Part shown: positions 15,001 to 27,456 of the stretch, in pieces
Position numbering within the stretch: the first letter of the stretch is position 1
Layout: every line of letters starts with the position of its first letter
Source of the DNA: Tubiluchus corallicola
Lineage: Eukaryota; Animalia; Priapulida
Reading direction: 5' to 3'
DNA: 64,000 nucleotides
Assembly (NCBI GenBank): GCA_030141605.1
Contig: JAQGDQ010000004.1
Coordinates: 434,001-498,000, forward strand
Made by a program: the position numbers and the translations under genes
The notes under the pieces: generated by a model
Databases searched by the model: none
What the model saw: the letters and a program-made list of their open reading frames with translations, nothing else
What the model was told of the DNA's origin: nothing

Positions 15001-18000
15001 GTAAAGCAGCCAGGAAAATTATTTCACTCTTTTAAACTTTTTTAAATATCTGACATGATACTGGCCCACATGACATGGGTGACATGACACAAATCCAGTA
15101 GTTTTACGGGAAACACTATACTTTGCACAGTGCATGAATTTCCTACCCCTCCAGACCTGAAAAGACTGGATAAATTGCTATACAACAAATACATGTACTT
15201 ACCGTAGAAGAATTTTGTGGACGTCCAAGTGAGATGTTGGGCAAAGACGGCGAAGTGTACAACTGAATGTCATTAGGTAACAACTGAGTACCAGTAGGAT
15301 TTTTTGGAACGTCTAATGGCAATGCTCCTACACGATCCTGCAAAGATTAATAATTAATTGGAGAAGCACAGCTGGGACCGGTTAACCAATTAAAATTTTT
15401 TAGCCGGTTAACGATCTTTATATATAAATGGTAAATAATTTGAACCTTCACCACATCCTTACGGTAGAAACTTTTCATTTCTATGTAGGAAAGTGTTACG
15501 GTTAGTTCAACAATGCCAAATGTCAAATCCTTACAAACAGAGAATTTTCACTTTCTATGCAGGCTTTCTATGTATAAAAATTTCACTCCTATTTGAACAT
15601 ATTCCTCTAAATATTCACTTGATATGTTTGCAATGTAAATTTATTTGATTCTTCAAGGATCTAGTCGGCAAATTATAGAGGGCCTACAATGCTGCCTAGA
15701 TCTGATAAATCAGTTAATGGTTAACTAATAAAAAATTAAACGGTTAATAGGCTAAGTGAATTCTTAACCTGTCCCAGCCCTGTGGAGAAGAGATACAATT
15801 TAGTATTTGTAATTTTTTAAGTCAAAATCGCCTTCGCGTTAGTAACATTTTACATACAGTAGTAGCTTTAATAAAACATTTCTTTGAAGGTTCTTGTAGT
15901 ATATCAGTAAAGCAAATGACAATTAAAATATACATCAATGTTCAATTTGATTATATAAATACTGAATAACCTAACCAGGAGAAATTGTACTTCAAACAAA
16001 TGCAAAAAACAGTAGTGTCCCTGAACTTTCACTGCAAAAAATAAACTTACTTCATTTAAGACACCAATAAGAGCTGATCCATCAGTAGTGGGTGACCCTC
16101 CCACTACACCAGCCACAGACAGTGGAGGTGACCCGGGCTCAGAATCGGGGTTACTTCCATTTGAATCAACTGCAAAAAATTAATAAAAGCAAGTTAAGGC
16201 AGACTCTTGTAATTAGCTATAGAAACTTCTGCTTATAGACAGTTCAATCATCTTCGGTTTCTATGTAGTTTGAGGTTTTAAAAAGAGTGTTCGGGAATCC
16301 TATGAAATTTGTGGGGTAAACGAATTGTTTGTAGTTGCAAAAACAGTACAGCTTTCACAGCTGCTATTGACTTTTTCATTCTACACACTAGCATTGTATT
16401 CTCTAACTATTATGAAGATGCTACCAAGTCCCCAATGTTAAGACCATAGTTTAAAATGAACAAACATGCAAAATTTTGAAAGGGAAAATATAATTTTTTT
16501 CAGGAATGACTTGTGTGAAGGAATTAATAAATACTTATTAATAAATTAATAATTAATACCACAGAAGTTTAAATTAACGTTCACACGGCAGTTTTTCACT
16601 GTTGCATGCATTTTGTCATTCGTTGGTTAGATGGACAACAGGTGCTCCTTTCAGTTCTGACGTAGTACACACTTGCAGTGAAATCATGGGTTGGACAACG
16701 ATAAGCTTAGAATTTAAATTTTTAAATATAAAATTGGCCAAGTTGAAGTAAATCATAGTCAATAACGTTCAGTAGCACTGTATTTCAACTTTCACTTTTG
16801 TAAACACCTGCAGCAGACTCAGGGAATTTTTCTATTGTGACGTCATCGCTGCTGAGCTCACTGACAGTTAACTAACTTTCTAAGCTAAAATTTATTTATC
16901 AGAAACACCTTGGATTTTTATAAGTAGTAAAATGTACATTTTTACCATACTTCAAAATGGGGCGGGATATGAAAAAAATGCAGTTTTCCTTTAACGGTCA
17001 CATATGTAAACATATATCATAAGGTGCAAATGCTAAGAAACAAAACACGTAATAGTGGTGGTGAAAATACATGCAAGTGAAAAAACTAACTCAAAGAAAA
17101 CAAAGAGAGAGAAGCGGTCATCAACAGCTGCCATACTTCATCAAGCTTTGGGGGCTTAACTGGACCTTCTACATGAGGCCCCAATAGCCAAGATGGATGT
17201 AATGAACATAGCAAGTGCCAGTTGAAATAACCAGTAAGGTTATTATAAGAATGTTGCCATTTCATGAATATTCTCCCTTGTGAACTTTTGGTGACCTTTG
17301 TCCTCCAGAATACCGGAGGATTATCACATTTCCCCTGGCATTCAATTGCTAGTTATATTTCTCACAAGAAAGCCTTGTTCTTGCATGTTAGTGTGGTTAA
17401 CAACAAAGTCATAAAACTTTTGACAAATTACTAACCTAACCAAGTGTTGGGTTGATCAAAATTTATCTTATAGTTAATAGATACATTTATAGCAACAGCA
17501 CCACTAGATGATGTAAAACGCAACAAATTTAGTAGCACCATCTTTAAATGCTGTTGATGATAATAATAATAACATGACCTTTAAAAGAAGCTTGCAAATA
17601 ATACTAGCAATAAATTATAATAATAACAATAAATGAAAGAGAAGATACTGTATTTCAAGTAACAGACTCCAGCCAGATAAAAATTACATTTTTTATCACT
17701 TAGATTTCGATGTGAAGAGAAATTGAGATGATGATGATGAATATAAAAAAACAATGACCTTAACTGATGACAGCTAATCAAAGTGATGATGAAGATGCTT
17801 ATGAAGACGACAATGACGAATGACAACTAATGCATACAAAATGCACTATAGTGATCATAATGTATAAACTTGACACCTACAAGCCATCGGGGTCTTCCTC
17901 TTCGCGTGAAGGATTGGTTTTCGGCGAGCCAACAATGGGCTACTCCTACGCTCGATTACTTTATGTTTTAGAATGGATCTGACTTTCAGGTTTGGCTCAG

Positions 18001-21000
18001 ATGACGTTTTCCGCAATGGAAAATCCTCGTCAAAGCGATTCAATAGCGGATGACGATACGGGGGTGAAAACCCCATCGAGCGGGTAGGTGAATGCTCCTG
18101 TTCCCTGTATTATAAAATACACATTATAATATCATGAATAACCTGTTGCCCGACCTGCGAAAATGTACAATACTGCCTTAAAATTCAAAATCAAAATAGT
18201 TTTAAATGTAGTGTTTAAAATTTAAAGCAGAATATATTGTAGACATTATTAACTTGCAAGTTTAAAATTCACACAGTGAACTTCTTGTGCACTTTAACTC
18301 ATCTCAAGCTTATAATAGTAAGATGTTTGAACTATTGATAACTCGGATGGAATACTGATTACTGAGTAAAGCAATTTCTACACACGACTTAGTACACATG
18401 CTATGAAAAACCCCAAGGGGAAACGTAAACTACAGAGCGAGTGTAAACAATATTATTATGACTTAAACATTATACAAGTGAAGTAAATTATGTTGTTTGC
18501 TAAGAAGAAACGAAAACAAACACATCTGAACTTTTAAGTCTTAAATCCATGTTTCAATATTATAGGCTTTGTCCTATGGAAAACTTATCTGCTGATAAAG
18601 GAATAAAGAATCAATCAAATAACATCAAGAAAATTATTATTTAATGTTTTCCCTTTGGATGAACACACAGTTAATCTTCATACTGATAAACAACTTTGAA
18701 TACTAATGAGCATACTTGGAAAATTTTATGAATTACCATTTAAAATTTTTTGGCAACAATGCCTTTAACTAATTTATGCAAATATAATTTAAATCAAGCA
18801 TTTTTAAAACCACAAAATCGGATCTTTATTATTTTAAAAATAAGGTAAGATTTCTGCAAATATATGTTACTTGGAGTAATATTGCATAAAAGTAGACTCT
18901 TGTGTCTTGCTATAACTAGTAAGTTTGCACCAATTAGAGCTTTTATAGTTTTCAAATAAAAGACATAGATAGTTAATTACTATTTGAAAACGAAAGTTAA
19001 TAAAAGTTAGAAAATTATGTCTAACGCTCTTTGGTGCTACGTAATTAATTATAGACTTATTATAAAGACTTGCAAAAATGTTAGCAAAAATAAATCAATT
19101 GTTATACAATGAATTACTAAGTTAGTATTGCACTGGATTATTGTTTTCTGATTAAAAATATGTTTTACAGTTGTCATCACATTAAAATGCTTAAAAATTA
19201 AAACTAAAATTTGGCAAACTTTCTGTTTGAAACTTAAAGAGCAAAAAAACATTGAAGTTACGAGTTCTAATTATTGGCAATCATGTGTTATTTGGATAAC
19301 AGCAGGAGTCCACAAATGAAAACAGTGTGAAAGTCAGCAAAATTCAAATTGATCTTACCAACTTCTTTGAGCGGTTATGCCCGAGCTTTCTCTTTGTTTC
19401 CTGTTTAGCACGAATTCTTGTAATCTCTGCTTCACTTCAGTAGATGCTACAGCACCTAAATAATTAAGCTTTCTATAAAAATTTGTTTCAGCTCCAATAT
19501 ATTAAGTATCTTTGGGTCTATGACCTTTACTATGCAAAATACAATATAAAACAAATACCACCAACTTAACAATAAAAAGCTTTTACTAACAATCAAAAGC
19601 TAACAAATTGGTCAAAAATATGTAAATCAAATATTACTAATGTTGTTTGTAAATTCATGACACTATTGCAAAACTGAACAAAATGTGGCAAATTCCTGTC
19701 TTCAAATGAAATTTCCTAACAAATAAATCACACAGGACAGATAAAGAAAATTGTTACTAAAACATTAGAATGTAAATTATTCTTTATTAAGCATGTACAA
19801 GGATGGATGAAAAGGTGGAAAACACCCAAGCTTAAGGTATTGCATGGCAAGAGAAGAAAGCCTCAGGCCCAAAAACGGTCAAGTTCAAATCAAGCTTTAA
19901 ACAGGTAAGTGGCATCCTCAGTGCATGAAGTAGAAAGCCTCGGGTACAAAAAGGGTCAAGTTGAGTCATTCTCTTTGAGAAATAAGATTTAACAGCAGCC
20001 ATAAATTATATTGTAGTAAGAAACTACGTGAGCACTTCAACAACAAAGTTTCTATATTTTTCCTACATATTTACTGCAACATCAGATGACAAGTAATGCA
20101 AATGTAGCTGTGTTTTACATTACTGTTAAAGTGTGGATATGAAAATTTATAAGTCACATGGTGATGGTATTCAAAATAAGTTATTATAAACCCATTTCCG
20201 CAAAAACGTTGAGAAATCTGTTGTCAATTACTACAGGTTCCATGCATGCACTGCAGTAAATTTTGACTACATGAAATATCGAAAAGTAATAACTTGCCTT
20301 ACTTCAAGCAATACTAAATGCTAATTAAAGCAGCAATGAAGGCAAAACGTAGTCTAGGCATTACCGATAACCATATCATATTCAAAAACTGAAGAAAAGC
20401 TTTGTACAAACAAAAATTTTGTATTACTATTGTTACTCACAAAAACTATTCAGATGAGATTGTAATCAGTAAGATTTGAGCCTAGAGTTTCTCAAGCATG
20501 CTTTAGTTAGGAGTTGCACGACTGATGGCTTTTGTACAAATGAACGAAATGACTGTAATTTCTGTGGTTATTCATGTCTGCTATGCAACAACAGATCCAA
20601 AGGAACAACATTAGGTTTCAGTTTTCTTTTCCATTTGAGCGCTACATGAAGTCAGACGGTACGCCTAACCTGTTCAAACTCAAAAAGTGCAGAGAACAAA
20701 CACTGTTATGCTTAATTAGATGTCCAGTTTTTCTCATCGATTAGACGAATATACTTAAGAATCCACTGTCCTCTTACAATTTTATCTGTTGGAAAACTTA
20801 AAAAAATCGTCATTCTTTGTCAGAAGCATTGCTTGTGTGGCACAAGCACTTAGACATTATACATTAAGCATTGCAATTAGACATTAAAAAAGTAAGAATG
20901 ATCAGAAAACTGGAAAGTGTCCTTTTGTCATAATAAAGTAGCAAGTAACACAGAGTAAGATACCAGTGACACCACAATAAAATTTTAGCACCCTGTACTT

Positions 21001-23237
21001 CCTTTCTAATATTTTCAGGAGTCGCATTTAGCGCATTGAATTAGGTGTGCACAAAGCTATGATATAAGTTTAACATTAAAAATGCCTTTAACACTGCTTT
21101 AATGCAGGCCCACTATGCATTTTTTCATTTATAATTCACAATAGGACGGCAATTTCTAACACAATGTCTTCAATTATTCTATTCAATCTTTACTGTGCAA
21201 TATGCAAACAACAGAAAGTAAGCAAATGCGCAATTAGGTAATAAAAAGTTTAGCACTAATTTACAGCTTAAATCACCATTTTCTTAACTTTAAACATTGT
21301 CATTTGATATAGTGTTATTCTTAGTGTAGTGTTTTTATTACTGAAGGTAGTTTAACAGTGAGAATTCCTTCCAAAAAAACCTAAGCATTTTGGTAAGTAA
21401 CATTCCATGGCAACTACACTTTATAAAGTTTACTACAGTACAGCTTAAAAACTGTTATCCATAACAATGATGTTACATGAAATAAAACAAGTGGTATGTA
21501 TATACTGGCTTTAACAAAAGTGTCAGGATTTAATCAGGATGTAAATATTGCAAGACACTGCAATGGAAGTTTGCTCATCATTTCCCAAGTTTATTATTTA
21601 AAAAAAATGTACCATATTTTTGCATATTTCGACATTGTTATGCCTGCTCTACTGAGTATTCTTTTTGTGATTAGGCAAGGAAACAGCAGACACAATTTTT
21701 TTAGATACCTTATAAAAAGAAAATGAATTTAATACATTGCCTGACAAAGAGAAGACATATTCTAATGAGAAATTTGTGAGCACTTCAGTAATAGAAAATG
21801 ATTTGTGACTCATTATACATGTATACATTAGGACTACTTTCTTTTTTTTATTATTTATTCTAGTTAAAAACAGTAACTTTCTTCACATACTTTCTTGACA
21901 TTTTTCCTTGTTTTTGATACGTTCCAGTTTTTTGTTTTCTACGTCTTTCACCATCTGTTCCTGCTCAAGCTTTTGCTGTTCTTCAGCTTCCAAAATAAGT
22001 TGATGCTGTGCCTAATAAAAACCGTTGAACATCGGTATACGTAACTATACTGACAACAAAACTAAAATTGTTAAAATTGTCAACTCAACAGTTGCCCTCC
22101 ATTTGTACTCAAAGACAGCAAGTGTATTTCAAATGTACATTTGGCACAAATCTGCTGCAAAATAAGCCTAGTGCTCAAGCTAAATAAAAATCATACATTT
22201 CTGCATCTTGTTGTTCTCGTAAAAGATCATGACGTCTCATAACTTTTTCTGTCCTACTGTTATTGCTTCCTATAGCAACCAAGATTAAGAGCAACAAACG
22301 CTGCAATAAACAGCATCAATAATTCACCAGTTTCCGATTTGCCCGCAGTACCATATAAATAAAAGCACCGGCTTTTAATAAATGAAAAGTACTTCCCATC
22401 ATGAATAATTTAAAACTACCTTATATGATGCCCAAATTAGCAGCTAATCAGAACTATTAAACATGTAGAAGAATTTAGCGAATCAATAAAAAAGCCCTTA
22501 GGAAGTTGCAAATTTAATTTAATTGTACGTAAGAAAAAACGTACAGTTAGAATTAAAGTACACAAGTACACCAGGAACTTCTTCACTGCCATCTCCTGCA
22601 CACTTAACAATATGCTACAGTACGTGTACTACAGTAATACTAAGTAATGCTGGAAGTAATGCCAGTACTGTTTTTGTCAAGTTCATTTTACTTCCAGTTC
22701 CTAAGTTACAAACAACACAAGTACTCATGCAAACACCTACAGCAACCACACAACTAAATAAAATAAGTTTCTATAATAAAATTACGTATAAGCAGGTAAA
22801 CAAAAGTAAGGCTAATCAGGAAACCTTTAACAAATAAATGTTCTTTTGGCTTTATTCAAAACAATATATCTGTAACAGCAAGATAGCATTTTCATATAAT
22901 GACACTATTGATTACTTTCTCTGCAAATAATAAAAATTCATATAAACAGTATGTTATTTAAGACAAGCTGTAAAATCAATAAAAAAATGAAGTAGAAAAA
23001 CCTGTAAGCGATCACGCCATTGTGCTTCTTGCTGTATAGCTAGTTCCTGACACTGTGCTTTGTACTGTTGCAGCAAGAGTTGCTGTTGCAATTCATGGCT
23101 CTGCTTTAACACTTCCAGTTCTTGTTGTTCTTGTAAAGTGGTAAGCAATCCTGCACCACCCACGATAGGATGACCACGCCCACTTTGAACGTGATTAAAG
23201 CTTACTTCCATTGCTTGATCGATTGCTTTGCTTGGAT
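1..23237 (-). CDS. HDAC4: Class IIa histone deacetylase (HDAC4/5/7/9 co-orthologue); 17 coding exons in window, 3' end off-window, first exon uncertain
   Basis: Exons in transcript order: 23002-23237, 21891-22011, 19359-19455, 17881-18104, 16051-16169, 15203-15337, 8278-8395, 7007-7115, 6179-6341, 5405-5615, 4902-5012, 4450-4583, 3613-3834, 3158-3267, 2609-2816, 1396-1493, 1-158. All junctions are GT-AG with compatible phases. Motifs: Q-rich N-terminal helix; MEF2-binding [17 protein letters not shown]; 14-3-3 sites [17 protein letters not shown] and RAFSSP; [12 protein letters not shown]; class IIa structural zinc [12 protein letters not shown] and PCGG; catalytic [24 protein letters not shown] and GFDA..GH. 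Confidence 0.97.
14521..14648. repeat. Dispersed repeat, copy 1 (second copy at 17489-17613); possibly Helitron-derived
   Basis: tagcaacagc..cactagatga.gtaaaa..gca.caaatttagta.caccatcttta..catgacctttaaaagaagcttgca occurs at both loci; a partial third unit lies near 14411-14448. Confidence 0.8.
15367..15782. mobile_element. hAT-type MITE (416 bp) with perfect 8-bp target site duplication
   Basis: Left TIR CACAGCTGGGACCGGTTAA; reverse complement of the right end CAGGGCTGGGACAGGTTAA. TGGAGAAG flanks both sides (15359-15366 and 15783-15790). Subterminal GGTTAA repeats are present. Confidence 0.88.
16478..16990. mobile_element. Kolobok-like non-autonomous element, copy A, in an HDAC intron (left end approximate)
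   Basis: Diverged copy of 52821-53415 in the same orientation; ends GTTTTCCT|TTAA. Confidence 0.62.
17489..17613. repeat. Dispersed repeat, copy 2
   Basis: Directly alignable to 14521-14648. Confidence 0.8.
19853..19970. repeat. Short diverged direct repeat
   Basis: agaaagcctc.gg..caaaaa.ggtcaagtt occurs twice, about 77 bp apart. Confidence 0.7.
20600..20857 (-). pseudogene. Degraded THAP zinc-finger domain from a DNA transposon
   Basis: Frameshifted minus-strand translation reads MSKC.., [20 protein letters not shown] and [10 protein letters not shown]. These are the C2CH THAP signature and AVP box in the expected order. Confidence 0.75.
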
Positions 23238-25003
23238 CTGAAATAAGGAAAATTGAAATAAAATTTTGTTTCTATACACAATCTACTCATGCAACAAATA
23301 TAAAGAAATTAATAGATTCATTTGATACATTTAATAATACTCTCTGGCTGATTCCGCTACTTCTAGACTGTCACTAACAAAGGCTTGTATCATTTTCAGC
23401 ACATTACAATTCTTATTTTACAATTTTCCCTTCGAAAATATGTCTACAATTTTACTAATATCCTCTTGACAAATGTGACAGAAATGTTTCAGCTGCCAGG
23501 AACTTTTTGTATTAGAAATGTTTTTGCAGTTTTAAAGGGAAGGGGTTCTTGTGATGCTCAACACTGGTAAAAATGATTGACATTCATAACTCATGCGTGT
23601 ATCACAGCTCTACAACAGATTTGCCTGTTTGAAATTTCAGTGCAAGTTTAATTACTCTAATTAAAATTCAAAATTATTAACCTATGTACAACATCAACAA
23701 AAACTTCCTAAGCAAAAAGAATAGCTAGCTTCCCAATATATTGCTGCATTATAGATTTTACAAGTTAAAATCTGTGACCAAATGCAGAATTAGGTTTATC
23801 AAAAACGCAAAATTTGGAACAAGCTCGGAAAATTTAGCCATTTGCAAGAAAGTTTACTGTTCTGTAATTACAAATTCGACAGTAAGTTTTTTATGCATTC
23901 CTTGTCATTTAAGTAGAGAAATGTTTAATTATAAAATATATATGGTAGTCAAAGCAGCAAATCAGATATTTGGCAATAAGCTTAGCCAAGCTACCTACAG
24001 TTCATACATACCATTCATAATTAGTTTATGAGCTTTGCTATGCTGTCAGGTCAAAAGAATAGTCCTATAGGAATAACAGATAATACTCTAACAATACTGA
24101 TCATCATACGGCATGGTGTGCTGCCACAAAAACCTTAAATAAAAAAGCAAATTGCATGATAAATTCAAATATGGTGTACATCAATTTGTCAAACATTATA
24201 AAGGCCTAGCAACAAAACCCTATATTGAGAAGCTTTATTAACTTATGTGTTGTGCACTTAGTATTAAAACTAACAATAACAAAAAAATCCATCAAAATTT
24301 GCTTTACTTTAGAATTCAGTTAATGGCTAGATTGCAATTAATTTTCACAACACTAGTTTTAATTCGGTAATAATCGGTTGCAATCACAAAAATAAATATT
24401 TTGCCCAGATGTAGATAAACTGCTTTATATGTCATATTCTAACTTTCACCTGTGCGTCAGGCAAATGTTGTACTTTTCGAAAAAGTTGCTTATTACTTAC
24501 ACCAAATAAGATGTTGATATAGGCATAAACAGAAACAGAAACTCGTTCATTTAGTCTTTGGCAACCAAATAAACATTCACTTAGGCCAGTTACGAAAATA
24601 TCAGATAATTATCACATCCAGCGAACTCCTGCCAATGATCGTCTCGTTAACACTGTAACTAGATTACTAGCTAAGCCGTAAACTGCAGAATTTAGTACTA
24701 GAAGTGAGGCAAGCACATAATACCATTTCACATTTAGTGTTTGGCATGTCACGGAATTTAATTTCTGTCAACGCACATCGAGGAGCTGGGTAGTATTAAT
24801 CTAACACTCTAATAAACACATTATTGAGATTTTCTACGTTGCAGTAAACCACCACTGAACTTTAAATATCGACGATGATATATGCCAAGGATTAAAAACA
24901 AATTCACGAAATAAAATGGACGATCACAAAAAATCACAGCCATGATTCTGCGGTGTAAATAACGTACACAGCGCACCCTGCCACATGACCTGCATAGTGC
25001 AAG

Positions 25004-25065
25004 TTATAAATAGTGGCATGTATGACGTCACAGGGACCGAGCTTACAAATACGTGCTATAAATAG
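25004..25065. promoter_or_regulatory. MEF2-CRE-MEF2 motif cluster upstream of the HDAC gene
   Basis: TTATAAATAG at 25004-25013, TGACGTCA at 25023-25030 and CTATAAATAG at 25056-25065. The patch is locally CpG-richer and lies ~1.8 kb upstream of the first identified HDAC exon. Confidence 0.55.
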
Positions 25066-25674
25066 CAATGTGCATTCACTGCTGATTACAGAAGCTGTCC
25101 AGAGCATCCAATATTGATTTTACTATGACAACGTCAGGTTTAATCATTCTCAGCATCTTTTGCTGCTGCGCGTTATTACACTAAGGACAGATCGAAGCAA
25201 GCTATGAAACATACATCGCACAGTTAAGCCGGTCTATGGCTTTCTGTATGGTTTATGCTTCATTGTCTTATTTTACCTACTATTCAATTTTCACTTGTAC
25301 TTTCACTAAGTAACCCAGCCCGCAGTAACCATTAAAATTAATAGAAGCAACTCATCATCAAATTTTTTTTATTGCGTCTATTGTAGACATTGAGCTGGCA
25401 GAACTGTAAAATAAAAGAAATCCGCCCTCAAGACACACAAAAACAGCGCAGTTTTAAATATAACAAAAACACTAGATGTTACTGCTATGCCAGTGGCTTG
25501 TCGTTAGAGGAAATAGTGACATCTGCAGTCAGGCAAGTAAAGTGCTCAGAATGATTTCTGTTAAAACTACTCGTAGCACAAGTTTTTCTGGGGGATATAG
25601 GCATTATAATAGCACATTTTTTACCTTTCACTTATTTTTTATTAAATGCATACAGTATGACAAACGACAACAGC

Positions 25675-25701
25675 ATATATATATATATATATATATATAT
25701 A
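25675..25701. repeat. (AT)n microsatellite
   Basis: Directly visible. Confidence 0.95.
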
Positions 25702-26006
25702 CTTTCTGCAGTGAGATATCATAAAATTTACAAACACTTCTTTATGAAAATTGATTTTATTTTAGGAAAAACAGTTTAAAGTAACAAGTTAATTCTATTC
25801 AGGAAGTCACTTCTACTTGTATACAAATTCCTGGCAAATAGTAATTTTTATTTTAAGCAAATTTAGCAAAAGAAATGAGCTATTATTTTACAACAGTGAT
25901 TTATATGTATATACAACATAATGAAACAATTAGGTTTGCAGATAATTAATATTCAAATCATTTATTTAAAAATTATTCATTTTTTATGGACTAAGTTACT
26001 AGTCAG

Positions 26007-26618
26007 TAACGGTGAGCATCGAACGTTCGAATTCGAAAACATCTTGAAATATCATGCAGTCAGAATAACTTAGCTGTGAATTCTGTGCTCTATTTTTTAC
26101 AAAATTAGAACAAAAACAATATGGGTAATCTTTGAAAGTTGCTGTAAAACAAAAATAAGCGATGAAATCAAGTGGCAATTATATCATCAGTGTTGGCGAC
26201 CATCTGTAGTCTGCACTCCAGGTCTTATTATAATAATTTAGAAAATTTTGACCTTTTTAGCATGTCCTGTAGATGTATTTAATTAGCCTATTTAATTGGT
26301 ATCCTATCCCAGCCTTATGTATAATGAGTCATCAGAAGCAGCTGGCAAGACGTGCGATAAAACATACAAGATGGGCAAAACAACAACTCAAAGCTATCAC
26401 TTAAAAATAGTAAGTAGAGTCCCTAGACTGCTAAGTATTTTTACTTTGATTCTCAATTTTAGTAATATAAAACGAACCAATAGTACTAGAGATAGTAAGG
26501 TGTTCTGCATAACCTTCATCAAATCGGAGCTAAAATAAGTTTTTTGAAAGTATTATTACTGATTCGAAATGTGTTCGAATATTTTGATTTCTGTTTCAGT
26601 TAGTATTTGCTCACACCT
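26007..26618. mobile_element. Old hAT-like MITE between RETREG and HDAC
   Basis: Imperfect TIRs TAACGGTGAGCA versus TAGGTGTGAGCA (reverse complement), with TTCGAA subterminal repeats at both ends. The TSD is only partly conserved (ctagtcag/ctagctat). Confidence 0.45.
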
Positions 26619-27456
26619 ACTAGCTATCCAGTTCAAGACCAGACATTAATTTCCATCCTGCCCTTAAAAAGAGGCTTAATCAAAAAAGCATATAAATCAA
26701 AACAGAGGAAAGCTCATAAGTGATAATTTACATATCTACATATAAATTTTATATTACAGAAAAAACATCACTAAGTTATGACTAGCCAACACACTTGTTA
26801 CCAGTATTTTGACTTTGAATATTTACAACAGCTATAATAAAATTAGAAAATGTATAACAACTGTATTTTTAGGAAACACATTGCAGGGGAGGCAGTGAGA
26901 TGATACTGTAGTATTTTGAATTTTTTGCACCTGACCAATCCTTCAAGATCATGTTCAACAATATTTTTATTTGATTTTATTGATTTAATAATTTAAAATT
27001 GACTAAATTGATTTTAACATACAAAGGCTGCCAATACCAGGATATTCTTAGTTATTAGTGTGCATATAGTAGTTGTGAGGCGAGGTAATAAACACTACAA
27101 CTATCAAAAGCAAAAGAATTTTTACAAGCAATTGTCTCAATGTGAGAGAATTTGTGATCTGCCTCTGGATATAAGCAGTTTACTATGCATCAAATATCCC
27201 ACAACTTGCTTTAATTATATTCAAAAATACCCAATAGATTCTTCTACAGAGCATGCCCATTCTTTGTTACAATGAATATGATGCAGTGCAATGGACATGC
27301 AATCATTCATCTAATAACTGATCAACAGGGTGACATTTAAGTCTTTCTCTGAACAGTTTTATTGCCTAAAACTCAATCCACGTTATTAACAAACAAATAC
27401 AAACTTTTGTTATGACATTTATGACATACATAAAACTTATATACTATGTGAAATTT

